64,000 nucleotides of DNA from Nemertoderma westbladi (taxonomy: Eukaryota; Animalia; Xenacoelomorpha), in the NCBI GenBank assembly GCA_032718475.1, contig JAUCBJ010002471.1:15719-79718 (forward strand), given 5' to 3'. Both the position numbers and the translations under genes were made by a program. This document shows, piece after piece, positions 1-12,622 of the stretch. Below the pieces are notes generated by a model. It saw only the letters and a list, made by a program, of their open reading frames with translations, had not been told where the DNA came from and searched no databases. The first letter of the stretch is position 1. Each line of letters opens with the position of its first letter.

Positions 1-460
1 CCGCAGTTGTCCAACACGGCATATCCGTTACAATAGACCTAACTCATTCGTGTTGGTTGAAACATCTCCAATAGAAATACAATATCTCTTACTACAATTA
101 TTAAGCGACAACACTTCGACTAATGACAAATTCCCTATACAATTAATAGGGTAAGCGACTCGAAAAATTTTATTCGAGTTTTTGTTGATTTCATATATAA
201 GAGCATGTGAAAAAACACCAGAGAGAAATTTTGACTTCAAAAAATTAATATTGGCTGATTTTACTAACTAGTTTAAATACAAGCTACAGGGGGACCTTTA
301 ATAAATTATAGGGGCCTAATGGAAGGAGTAAATTTCCGCTCCCATAAATATTTTTGGGATTTGAATAAATTGTTAATATTCTACAATTTATTATTAATGC
401 ATAAACGGACACGAATTAATAAAATATCCCATTCAATTTTATTGTTCTTTCTGCTAAGCC

Positions 461-835
461 ATGCTTCCCATATCTACACCTGAGGATGGAGACGAGTATC
501 TCAAGCAGACCTGGCTGATGATGATACAGTTGCTGTCGAACCGGTTCGCGACGCATTTCGAGCGATATTACCTCCCAACGCTGCAGCTCTGAACCTAATG
601 GTTTGCGCAGCAAGAAATAGTGAGCGCCGGAGACATGGTTGTTATTGTAGACTCAGACCTTCCTCGTAAGAGATGGCAGATAATTCGAATTACCAAGACT
701 CATACATCTGATGATAGTTTGGTAAGATCAGTAGAACTCGTAGTTATGAGACGCAATCACAAGAAGAAGGGAATTGTCTTCAAGTCTCAACAACTAAATC
801 GCCTGATTGGTCGTCTGTGTCTATTGGAACGAGAC
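461..835 (+). mobile_element. BEL/Pao LTR-retrotransposon pol C-terminal remnant (DUF5641-like), with in-frame stops
   Basis: Frame from 461 reads ...TWLMMIQLLSNRFATHFERYYLPTLQL*T*W...SAGDMVVIVDSDLPRKRWQIIRITKTHTSDDSLVRSVEL...LNRLIGRLCLLE. This matches the BEL/Pao post-integrase pattern (W..VQ....FW..W..EYLP.LQ.R.KW...GD.V......PR..W..GRV......DG.VR.V). Confidence 0.8.
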
Positions 836-1049
836 CGAGAATTATCCGGAAATTTTGGTAGACAGGAAACTGTTCCAACGACCACCTCCCAGCTTCATTA
901 GCTGCCTAAACAGTAGATTATATTAACTCATCTATAGTAGATAAAATAATCTAAAAGCAAAAACCATTTAAAACCAGCAAGATAAGTACTTACGATAAAA
1001 TAATCTAAAAACAAAAACCATTTAAAATGATGCAGCTATGGCACCTACT

Positions 1050-3400
1050 ACCATAGAACTTTGGTACTCAGCGGACTGACCTCACCAACTCTATAAGTCT
1101 GGTACTCTGTACTTTCCTTGGTGCCTTTCCTTATAAATCTATAAAACCTATAAATTTCAATGCCATGACTTTATGATGTCCCTCTAAATATTCAATGAGA
1201 AAATGAAGTTTTTTGCTGTTGGATAAGACCGAGTTTTGGATATTATCCTTATAATATTTGTTAAATGGTAACCACTTCATTTCGTCTCTAATGGATTTTA
1301 TAACTTCTCCCATGGATACTGCTTGTTTCGCTTCGATTCTGGCCATCTGTCGGGTGAAACTCTCTTGAGCTAATGTGCTATTAAATAAGGAGTTATCCGA
1401 ATATGAAGTAGGACTGGGAGGAACATTATATGTAGATTTGTTGTCTATTTGTTGTATAATCCATGGGTGTCCCAGGATCTTTATCCGTATATATGCGTTT
1501 AGGCTCTAACCCTTGAGCAGTAGAAAGTTTTACCCAAGGTGGTTTCAATATTGTTACAGGTGGGGGTATACCTTTCTGTATATTAGCTAGCCTATCACTA
1601 TCTAAAGCTATCTGCTGTTTTACTTCTTTCAGCGCTGATTTCTGCTCCCTTACTGTAGCTTTTAAATATTTTATGGTACTTTCCAAGTATCTCAACTGTT
1701 CTACAGTCGGTTCCCTAATTTAATTTGACTTCCTACTTCCCTCTGCTTGTCCGCGAGATGCAGCTCTAGTTTGTGCATCTCTCACACATAACACTCTGGC
1801 TCCCTGGGGGCGGGGGGCGGGGGGAGTATCAGCCCCATTCCCAGCCACTGCTGATATTACAGCTCCACAGATAGGAGTTGGCCGCCCGAGGGAAGCCACA
1901 AGGGACAATCCTCTACCGAAGGAAACCCTTTGTGAAGAAGGATTCACTATACTGGATAGATGGTACCTATTACTCTGTTTCGACAGGGGAGGTACTTCAG
2001 ACTGTTGATTGGAAGCTAAGTTAGGACCTACTGTGGTCTCTCTACTGTACAGATCGGGTGCGGTCAGAACCCTGTTTTATATCTACGGGAGTTTTGCAAA
2101 TTGGATCTCTCTGAGAGAGTTACTTTCAGGCTTATCCACTATGGTAGGCAGACCATAGGATTTAATTTCAGTTGGTGCCGCGTTGCTTGAAGTTATGTCA
2201 CAGCTTGCGATGTCATGGCGCGACGGTGGAGGCAAATTTGGGAGTTTTTGCCCTCTAGGTGCTCTTTTACACCCATTTATGCTGGATCGGTAACTATAAT
2301 CATCAGACTCGGTAGCAATACTTTCGTCAGAAGAAGTATAGAATCCTTGTGTCTTTGGTGAGGCATGACTCACGGACCAAGCTTTGAGTACTTCCATCCG
2401 TTTTTTCTCTAATTCTTGTCATTCTTTCAGGGCTTCCATTTCCAGCTCTGCGGACTCGGCTTCTCTCTTTGCTTTTATTGCTCGTTCCACTGCCTGTCTA
2501 TCTCTTTCTGTGAGAAAATGTTGTGTCAGTCGACTCTCCAGAATCGAATTGAGGGTCGAGCTTGTCCTCCCAGGTGAGGGTGGCTAGGGTTCTAGAGGCC
2601 ACTCTCTGAAACCATTGATTCACTGCAGTGTGTAGATACTTTTCCTGGACTCGCAATGCAGCCTCTCTAAAGGCTGACAACATTAATTGAATTCTCAGTA
2701 TACATTCCGGGATGTGATGGAACAATTGAGCTCCCTCGCTCTGTTGGGTTAGAAGCTCCTCGAAACAGCTGAGTCTCTATATCTCCCAAGGAGTTAAAAA
2801 ACCCTTGAGTGTAACCTGCTGCTGAGCGCTTCCATACTGTCGGGTCAGTGTTGTCTCTGGGCACGCGCATATTATGTAAATCATTCCAGCTGGTTTGTCC
2901 TAAACCTAGTGATTCTCCCAGACTGAGGAAGTTATATGGCTGCTGTATTATTCCTTCCAACTCCTCATTGGAGAAGCCAGCATAATCCAGTTTACGAGTG
3001 GGTTTACCTCAGGCTACGTCTGTTAGATGTTCATCTATAGCCTCCAGTGACTAAGCCAACAGGCCGCTTGGTAGTTGGAGTAAAGGATGTTGGTAGGTTT
3101 CCACAGGTGTTAGAGGTGCCGCGATCGATTGCATGATGAGGATGGACTTCAGTAACGAGTTGTTCACCTATACTAGGATCCAGCTGGCTATCTCTACCGT
3201 ACTGGGGTTTCTACTAGCATTGCTGCGGTTCTCGGGTACAGGCAGTGCAGGCAGAATTATGCTGGAAGTAAACTGCCTTCCACCTAGCTAGGCCGTCCTC
3301 CAAAGAAGTCTGGAGTTTGGTTTTAACACCACCGGAAGATCTGACCATCTTTTCCTTAGTGGCTTTGTCTCATTTAACTTGTGCCCTAGTACCTATGTAT
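1050..3400 (-). mobile_element. Degenerate BEL/Pao gag region (DUF1759-like), broken by stops and frameshifts
   Basis: Chain of minus-strand ORF pieces (2667-2960, 2498-2725, 2083-2397, 1720-1947, 1426-1695, 1131-1346). The last reads DEMKWLPF..YYKDNIQNSVLSNSKKLHFLIEYLEG, like the DUF1759 pattern W..F...F...I.N..LS...K..YL...L.G. Boundaries are approximate. Confidence 0.6.
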
Positions 3401-5346
3401 AATTGATGTGTGGTGGCCTACCACCTTAGGATCCTTAATTTTAATCTCCCTGGTCTTGGGAGACTTTCTTACCAGTAGGGGGCATTCATATAGGCTCATC
3501 ACTCGTACTGACTGAACTACCATAAGGGTTATAGGCCTAGCCATTTTGATCCAGTATGCTGTCAGAAAGATTCAGATTTTTGTCAAACATGTTTACGTTA
3601 TTTGTGAACTATCTGCCTACTGATATTAGAAACAATAATAACAGTCTACTGTAGTAAATAATTATGGTTCAAACTGGTAGGCCTATACAGCTATACCAAT
3701 ACTAATTAAATTAAACTGATAATTTCAATCTCAGTTTGAATGTCAAAATTAATTTTCATATACTGTTGTTACAAATATATTACAACAGTATGGGTAACGG
3801 TATACATGCTAGTTAGAATGGTATAGATATACCAGTAATAACAGTAGGCCTATGGAATCAACTATAATACCAGTATAATAAACTGGTATATAATTGTGAT
3901 GGGCACAATTATATACAATTATAATAGGCCTGGGTGGCCTATATAATATGCAGGGTTAAATCAATGTCACTATATAATAATATATCTAAGTTACTTAAAC
4001 TACTATTACATACGTAGGTACTATTCGGAGTGAGATTATAACAATCTCTAACATAAATTCTAACAATAGTTACAATTACAATATTAGGGTAATTTTCCAA
4101 GAGATTTATTAATACCCTGAATATTTAAGAATTTCTGGGCTGACAGGGGGACTTGGGAATTCATGAAACCAAATAAGGTGCGTATTCAATGATTCAGGCT
4201 GTCCAAACAAGTAAAATACCACCGTCTGACGTCTTACAGTGCTTCTGTGCCCCAGGTTGTTACATGTCTGGAAATTAATAGTTCCCAGTAATGCACTAGC
4301 AATGTGCCAGAATCTAGACCCTTGGTTAGATACAGATACTTGTATAAAATGCAGTTATATATACCCGAATAATTCGACAAACCCTAGCATCTGCAGGAAT
4401 GTCCATTGTCCAACGTATTGGTCTTACCACCTACATTGCCAAGTGACAGTTGAACCTATTCCTAGCGGCCCTATATACTATGGCACTAGTTTGATATGGG
4501 CCACCCAATTTGGAAATTTTACAAACACACCTAAATAACTATATATCTTAGTAAATTTGATTCTAGAACACATTTATTATTTCCGAGTATAATTGTGATA
4601 TTGTTATGCTTTACTATATGCATAGCTAATGATGCCAAAGCGACATTCAGTGAAACGCTATTATCCAAATGAACCAAACATTGTTGAATTGTGCCTTGCA
4701 TTGGTTACTGAATTTGCAGCAATTGAGTTTGCCCACAAATACGGCCTTTTACCAACTAAGAATCTAAGCAATGAGCATTCATGTGAGCAATGTGGTGAGC
4801 CATGTCAACTGTATGTTTTGAATAAATATGGAATACCACGTCTCAACTTGCAATGCAAGAATAAGCACAGGAAATCTGCAAGATCTGGTTCCTGGTTTGG
4901 TAGATCAAAGCTACTAATTTGCCAAATTATATTTATAACATGCATATTCTTGTATGAGTTGACTTGGAATAATACCTTAAGGATGTTTGATGGTATTCTT
5001 GCCCATTCCAAAGAAACATTAACTGATTGGCACAGCTATGGGGATGGGGAGAGTGTTCAAATCGACGAGTCCTATTTCGGTAGTCGGAGGAAGTTTAACA
5101 GAGGCCGTAAGCTGCCTGGTGACAAATATAAAATACCACCTGCACGAAATAATTACGGGAAGCAAGTGAATGGACCATGGGTGTTTGGAATAGTATGGAG
5201 AAAGCCAGATGGAGTGAATGATATAAAGCTATTTATTGTCCAACGCCGCAATATGAAAACATTGCGGCCAATAGTGGAGGCAAATGTAAAAGGCGGAACC
5301 TTAATTATGTCAGACGTGTGGGTAGCCTACTGTGGGACTACAGTTG

Positions 5347-6609
5347 GGATCTAGGACACTTCCCCCCCGGACACTTCCCCCCCGGACACTTCCCCCCCGG
5401 ACACTTCCCCCCCGGACACTTCCCCCCAGCCCAAGTAGGACACTTCCCCCCCGGACACTTCCCCCCCCGGACACTTGCCCCCCGGACACTTCCCCCCCAG
5501 TTAAAGTGTTAAATTAATCTGGGTGCATCAAAGCAATAAACAAAAGTTAAAGATGGTTACAGGACAAGTTGTATCTAGACAAGTTTTTTCAAAATTATAA
5601 AAGAAACATTTTTATAGTCAAATTTTGTTTGTTTTTCTTTTAATTCCTTTAATTCTTTTAATTTCTTTTAATTGGGGGCTGCAGCCCCCAAACCCCCGCT
5701 TCTTTTGTTGGGGGCTACCGCCCCCAAACCCCCGCTTCTTTTCTTGGGGGCTGCCGCCCCCAAAACCCCGCTTATTTTCTTGGGGGTTATCGCCCCCAAA
5801 CCCCGGCATTTCCCTGAGTGCCCGTGGTGAAAGACTTAGACTACTTTGAAATAATTAATTCATGTTTGTATCATCAGATAATAAATTGACTAAGCCTAAA
5901 GTAGGAGCTGTATTGAATGTTAACCAATTTAATATATAAATTACTACAATATTATATAATTCAACAAAATCCTATTAAAAATATTGCATGTAACCAGGAA
6001 ATTTAATATGTAGTGTGTATAATATCTATATAGTATGTATAGTAGTAATATGTATATCAATATGTAATGCTGAACACAGAATACAGGTCGACGCATGTCG
6101 ATTTTACCCTGGAGAGGTATAATTTTGATTGCAACAATAATATTCATCCCCATCTGATACATTTTGAAGAAGACTATTACATAATAATACCTATAATTAA
6201 AACAATTAATTATTATAATTCTATAGTTAATAAAAACAGTATATCATTCCGGGGATGGAATTTATAGGTCATCTAATATAAGTAATTGTTTAAAGATTAG
6301 CAAACAATACGATGTAATTGCATTGATAAAACCCATAAATAAAACTTGGATATAAAATGTAAAATCGGGATGTAAAAGATCACTTTCTGAGCTACGAAAG
6401 GAAAATTGGATACAACTTGTCTGGATATAAGCGGTCCGTTTACCTTACAAAATGAAAAATACGAATGTGCGAAGTTAAGAACAGTCGGGGGGGAAGTGTC
6501 CGCGGGGGGGAAGTGTCTGGGGGGGAAGTGTCCGGGGGGGAAGTGTCCTACTTGAGCGGAGGGGAACTGTCCGGGGGGGAAGTGTCCGGGGGGGAAGTGT
6601 CCGAACACC
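5347..6609. mobile_element. Non-autonomous MULE-like element with tandem subterminal repeats (GGACACTTCCCCCCC)n
   Basis: Inverted arrays at 5355-5500 and 6485-6603. The direct repeat CTACAGTTGG at 5338-5347 and 6609-6618 gives an 8-10 bp TSD. Removing the element restores the Merlin frame. Confidence 0.85.
5671..5806. repeat. Four tandem ~36-bp units, each with a GGGGGCTNCNGCCCCC hairpin
   Basis: TTGGGGGCTGCAGCCCCCAAACCCCCGCTTCTTTT-like unit repeated four times inside the MULE-like element. Confidence 0.85.
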
Positions 6610-7096
6610 TACAGTTGGTATCACGAACACCAAACGTCCTTAGAAATCGATTGATGGCAGCGGAACATACAAACATCAATGCATAAACCATAGCAAAAAA
6701 GGGAAAGGCCGATTCGTCGATTCGAAAAAGGGAAAGGCCCATATCATATCAAAGGCCAACACTCAATGCATAGAATGTATCTGGGGACAAGCCAAACTAA
6801 ATATACTGAGAAAAAAAAGAGGTCTTAAGAAAACTACGTTGGAGGGACATTTGGCCGAATTCCGGTGGAGGAATATGCATAAGAACAGATTCATAGATTT
6901 GCTTGAACTCATTAAACAAGAGTACAACTAACTATGCTGTACTATATTTAATATTGTATAATTGTAATATGCAAAAACTCTTATAAAGTACCTATAAATG
7001 ATTTATATTGTATATTAAAAATTTTCAAAATTGGGTGACCCATATCGAACGAGACCTCGACTAGATCGAACGGTGACCCATATAGAAACGAACATC

Positions 7097-7840
7097 AACA
7101 CCGACTTAAAACCAACCAACTTAACAACAACTTGATCTTTTTAGGTGGTTTTTTAAAGGATTTTTAAAAGGAGAACGGCAAAAGCTAGAACGATTCTGTT
7201 TGCGCGTTCAGGTAGATGGTCCGAGCGCGATAGCTAGGAGTTTTTGTGGAAAAATCTGTTAAATTAATTAATTAGTAATTAGCGATTAATGACTTCTAAT
7301 TGATTTTTCTCCAAAAGTATTTGGTTTTGCCCATAACAACAGTGTTTTTTTTGTTCATCTCGGTAAGATCTAAAAAAAGTTCAATCATCGCTATAACCCT
7401 CCTATTGCTGTTAATTAGTACTAATTAGACGAAAATTAATTAGCATTGTAACTCGAAAACACTAACAGCTATGAAAAAACGTAACATTACAAAGTTGTTC
7501 GGAATTTTATTCTGCACAAAAACGTCTCTTGCGCCGATGCCGTATCTCCTACCGTTAATTAGTAATTAACTAATTACTTAATTACCTAATTGGCAAGGGG
7601 GGGTGGGGGGGGGGGGGCTTTGCCCCCCTCCCCCCAAATCCTTATTCACAAGGTGTACATAAGTGGTTTACTATTTTACAAATCATAAATACTCTAAAAT
7701 CTTTTGAATCGAACTAATTAACGATTTTACTAATTAGTAATGTCTCCCAAATTAATTTAAAATTTATCCAATCCGGCTGCAATTTTTTAAACAGCTGATT
7801 CGTCAGCCTGTTTCAGCAAAAGTCAGCAGTTGGGGGTTTT
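7097..7840. mobile_element. Probable non-autonomous DNA element
   Basis: Ends AACACCGACTTAAAACC and AGTTGGGGGTTTT are loosely inverted. The interior is AT-rich with repeated TTAATTAG motifs and no ORF. Superfamily not assignable. Confidence 0.35.
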
Positions 7841-10800
7841 ACTTTTCAACGTATGCCGTACATATCCACGTATGTGTGTACGTATCCACGTATCTATGCA
7901 TTACATTGAGCGAGTTCACATAGGCGTAGACGAATACTGTTTCCTGATTGGTCCAGATGAGATACGAGAGAAATGTCATGTCAAAACATGTTTTGCTGCT
8001 TTGGGGGATGGTGCGAGTCTGCAGGGCAATGACCTCGCAGACCGATATTAATCCCCGGCACACCATTTTTAATTGTATTGTTTATATTTTTAATTGCAAA
8101 TTGTATTGTTCTGATAGGTGGTGGGAAGTTGGTGCAGTTTTCTATGTGTTCTGTTAATTATTAATTTCCTAGTTATTAGAATTTCCTATTCGAATTATTT
8201 TTTATATTAAATAATTAAAATAATTGTTTAAAATAATTATTTAAAATAATTATTTTTCCTTGTGTGTGCACTTTTCTGCTTTTATTTATATGTGTTACAT
8301 TTTGCAGCACAACTGAACAGCGCATTATATGCTGACAATGATTAGCACAAAAAGACTTAACACATATCAGCAAATTCAGACAGTTAGACAGGACAATCTG
8401 GACAACAAGACATCACATTGTGTACAATTACCTACAAGTATAAACAAAACTGACCTTAACAAAATCAAGGTAGGCATTTTTTATTTACCCTCAGCAACAT
8501 GTGCTAATAATGACTCTAGTAATACCGAAATATTCTAGAACAATAATACCACAAGGCCAACGCAGTCGGCCATGCACTCGCATGACGCAAATGCTCAATT
8601 TGCGCTCTCCACCTTGATGGTTGTAGTCACCAGCATAAGACCTGAAGTAATATCTATTACACTCCCGTTGCATGTACACAAAACACAAACTAAAACTACT
8701 GCTTAACAACTGACAAGGTTTTAAAATAGAGATAACAATAGAGTGTCTTAAATCGCTGAGTGAGTGTATGCGAGCAACTTATGTGCAACTTATTCCTTAC
8801 CAGGGGTCGACCTTACTACGCTTGGTAGCCCTGACTTACTCAACTGTACCCTATCAGACTAAGACGAAGACCTCTATGATTGTTCGCGCTTTCAGACCTT
8901 TGGCAGTTTAACCCGCCAAATTAAGATGTCTTCTAGATATTAAATCGCTTTTTAGCCTATGACAAGTATTTGATTCACTACACTAGTCGAAACCAATCTG
9001 TGCGCGACCATTCACCCGCTGGATATTCCCGGGAGATTGGGTTCGACGGTTTAATTTTATTGCTATGTAAGCCTAATGTATTATTCGACTGACAGTATTA
9101 TATAATCTCTGACAATATTATTCACCTTCGGGAATATTAACAGTTCCTTTAGGACGTGGCGCTTTATCTATATAAACAGAGTTATAACTTAAACTACTCA
9201 CAACGATATGGCTTAATTATAATTCACATATATGGCGCATTCTTTAGGAATTGCTTCTTTAACAGACTCACTCATACACAATGCTGCACAATACTGCACA
9301 CTAATCTGCCAATCTTCACTGATTTTAGTCACATATAAAAGTAACACAGACTGACTCATGTAGGGTCTATCAAATAACATTAGATTCACTTCAAACCACT
9401 TTAACATAAGTCACAATCGTTATTGGTAACCTTTCTCTCTTACCTTCGGTATATCAATAATATTGGGTTTTCGGGGTTATTTCTCGTTATTCCAATATAA
9501 TAATTCATCAACCAATATAATGAATAACCGACAACAAATAGCAGTATACAGTAATGATTGAGCAGGTAAATTTTAGCAGTTTCAGCAGTTATTAAAAGCC
9601 GTGTGTCAGCAGTTTGTAGTGATTACGAAATTGCAGTTAAAGGATATATGTCCTTATAATTAAACCTACTAGTGTTGAGCTAAAAAGCAGAAAGCACAAA
9701 ACACTAAAAAGCCGTTCTTTCGTGGCTTTGAAAAACTCGTGACTACTACTCTATACGAGGATACCAACTACCCTTATTCCACGAAGCTCCCGTTCAACAC
9801 AGAGAAAGAGCAGTGAGATAGGAAAATTTCAGTTCAGTAGCTCTGTGATAGGTCAAAATCAAGGCTAACTCAAATTCTATTGGGAGATACAAAAACAAGG
9901 CTATGACGCAACCTTCCTAGGCTGGTTGGCCGATTAAACAGAGCCCAGATACCTGCGTACAGCAAATCAGCCAATAAGCTGGTAGCTTGCGCTATTCGAG
10001 TTATAGATCCCCTTTTAGAGTATTCAGCGACTGGGGGGGGACTGGTTAGCAAAGCAAACGAATCAGTTATCCCACAAAAGCTTTTACAATGATGGTCCGT
10101 TATTTCAAAACTGGACGCAATTATCAAACTATAATCCAGCCTACGCATATGCAATGCTTTAATACCCCGAGCAGGTTTACATCCTCTGCTCAATACTAAA
10201 CTTTCCGCAAACAAAGCTGACAGAAGTAAGTAAACCCAAATAGGAGAAAGGGAGGTACCTACCCAGTCTGCTAAGTAGATCTACCAGTATACTTAAAGTT
10301 TCAATCGAATTAACACCGTGGTACTGCGTACTGGACCAGTACCATTAGGCCTATTTAAATTTAATTTATTTTGTTCCACCGGAACAAAGAAAAAAGTTAA
10401 TTTCTGTTCGACAGAACAGAAAATAGTTAATAACTGTTCGCACTTTTAAGGCTTTGATAATTTTCAACAATCAATTGTAATTATCAATTATCACAGAAAT
10501 CTGAAGATCTGAGATCAGAAATCTTGGTTTTGCCAATTTACAGTATTAACACCAAATACAAATCAAACTAGTGCGGCGTATGACCCAAAGGGAGTCTTAA
10601 ATATATCGGCTGACTAAAATAGGCTGTTTGTGTAACATTCGATTGATTCTCGCAATATAATTCCTAACAACTATGCCAACGTACTGTACAGGGATAGTAT
10701 TAAAAGTTCCGTTTTAAGTGTTGTGTTCCAGACATCAAACAGGTCTACGTCTTATGGCAATTACAACAAATTACTAACAAAAATCATAGTTTGCACACCC

Positions 10801-10915
10801 TTTAGGGGCGTGGTATATTAACTCGGGCTGAAATACACTTTGGTGCATATGAATTGCTGACTTGAGGCAATTTTGTTCATGAATAAGGAGTTTATAGGCT
10901 CACATACGTTGGTGC

Positions 10916-11168
10916 TATATAGTGTCTGGTTGGAGATGTGTGCATTGTACTTGACACAATGAACCCGTGACATCCAGAGATTTAGTGTCCTCAGCAGTTA
11001 GAGCCCAGCATGGACTCCCATAGAGGAGTACTGGAACTAATGCTGCTCTAAATAATCGGACCTTAAGTTTCCGATTAATTCTCGGTGGACTCCCATAGAG
11101 GAGTACTGGAACTAATGCTGCTCTAAATAATCGGACCTTAAGTTTCCGATTAATTCTCGGTGACTTCA
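10916..11168 (-). mobile_element. RTE-type LINE fragment with a 75-bp internal tandem duplication
   Basis: Near-identical to 26584-26780. PRINRKLKVRLFRAALVPVLLYGSP is present twice. Confidence 0.85.
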
Positions 11169-11664
11169 CGGCGTCTTATTTTTCAATACCACTTCAATAC
11201 CAGAGGTACAGATATATGCTAAGGTTAACCCTATCTAAATTGTAATTTGTTAATTGGATCGAAACGTTTTCCTTACTCAGATATTCCACATACAGTATGT
11301 CGTCCAATCTAATTGTCCTCGCAGTACTAAATTAAATTAAAAGTTTAGTTATATGAATTATTTATATTCATTTGTCAAATAATACGATAATAAGTAAATT
11401 GAGGAATCTCTTTAAAAAATAAACAGTTTATATCAATTATCTCAGAACTAAAAAAATATAATTAGGGGATTCTGCTTTGAAGGTGACGATACTGTACGTG
11501 CCCACCCCCCAAAGATAATACCTTCTCACGCTATACTTATTAAGTATACTACAGTAGTAGAGTTACTAGTAACCACCCCCGCCCCCTCTCTTTGCATTTC
11601 CTTCATGTGTATTTAATTAATTTATAAATAATAAATATTAAATTTATAAATAAAAATTATTTAA

Positions 11665-12374
11665 GGGGGGGGTACACCATTTTGGTCCAAAATATGTCGA
11701 AATTTTTTTTAGGGTCTATTATAATGCACCATTGAATGGTGTTTCCAAATCTGAAAACCGCTATTTAATAGCTCTTTTAGTTTTCAAGTTATGTAAATTT
11801 CCATTTAGGGAATCCTATTGAAATTACTATTACTATATATAATGAAAGGTCGATTATCTCCAAATATTTTTTTCATGAAATTGTCAACTTTAAAACCCTA
11901 CTACTTCTACAATTTTTGAGTAATTAGTCTGAAACTTCCTGTGGGTGTCTAGATAGCCACCCTGCATAAAAGTATCAGGCAACTTTTCGAAATTTTTTGT
12001 TATGAAAATTTAATACTATTTATAAAAAACCTAAAAATTAGCATAAATTTGCAGCGCCACCTAGCGGTGCAGAATTATTTTAACAAAATTTCGCCTGATA
12101 GTTATGTTGCCCCATCTTTGATCTATCATATAAAAAAACTTTCATGTGATTAGATTCAAAACTGTAAAAGCCTTAGGGTTTTAAGCGCAACCAAGTTTTT
12201 TTTATTGTTAACTAGTATTAACTAATATTAAATAGCGAAAAAAAATTTTTTCTGACCTGTCATGTAGAATAGCATCTTAGGCACCTATATGCCAAATTTT
12301 AGCCAAAACCAAACAATTTTGAAACGCTGAGAGTGATAAATCGAAGAGTTGTCCGAAAATGGTGTACCCCCCCC
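11665..12374. mobile_element. Kolobok-like MITE (TTAA TSD, GG termini)
   Basis: TTAA|GGGGGGGGTACACCATTTT ... AAAATGGTGTACCCCCCCC|TTAA, with TSDs at 11661-11664 and 12375-12378. The element ends ~250 bp upstream of the serpin ATG. Confidence 0.8.
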
Positions 12375-12622
12375 TTAAGTCCCATCCCCCTTCCTCCCCG
12401 AATTATAAAATACGATTAATTCATAATTAATTATACTTCATTTAATTAAACCTCGTAATTAATCAACTACAAATATAGTAAATAGTTGATAATTAATTAT
12501 TATAGTTCGTGTAATTTTATACGTGAAACAAACTAATAAAATTAGATAGTAATAAAATAATTAAAATAGATTTAAAATAATAAAATAAAAGAATAACCAA
12601 TTTAATTTAATAACGACTGACA

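Larger units (their letters stand above)
4629..6931 (+). pseudogene. Merlin/IS1595-family DDE transposase pseudogene (4629-5346 joined to 6618-6931)
   Basis: N-terminal Cys motif CEQC...C..KH, then VQIDES.F.RRKFNRGR, WVFG, F.V.RRN..TL.P, SDVW.AY. After removing the insertion the frame continues GTTVGITNTKRP*...YKHQCINHSK..RFVD...NTQCIECIWG..K...GHLAEFRWR to TAA at 6929-6931, with one internal TAG. Confidence 0.88.
4482..7056 (+). mobile_element. Merlin (IS1595/ISXO2-like) DNA transposon, interrupted by a nested insertion
   Basis: Imperfect ~38-bp TIRs: left GGCACTAGTTTGATATGGGCCACCCAATTTGGAAATTTT versus the reverse complement of the right end GGTCTCGTTCGATATGGGTCACCCAATTTTGAAAATTTT. They enclose an IS1595-type transposase. 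No clean TSD is visible. Confidence 0.8.

Noticed and set aside
5318-5849. GHFPP, RTLPP and RGFGGG repeat ORFs resembling neuropeptide precursors
   Set aside because: They derive from TE subterminal and hairpin repeats and have no signal peptide.
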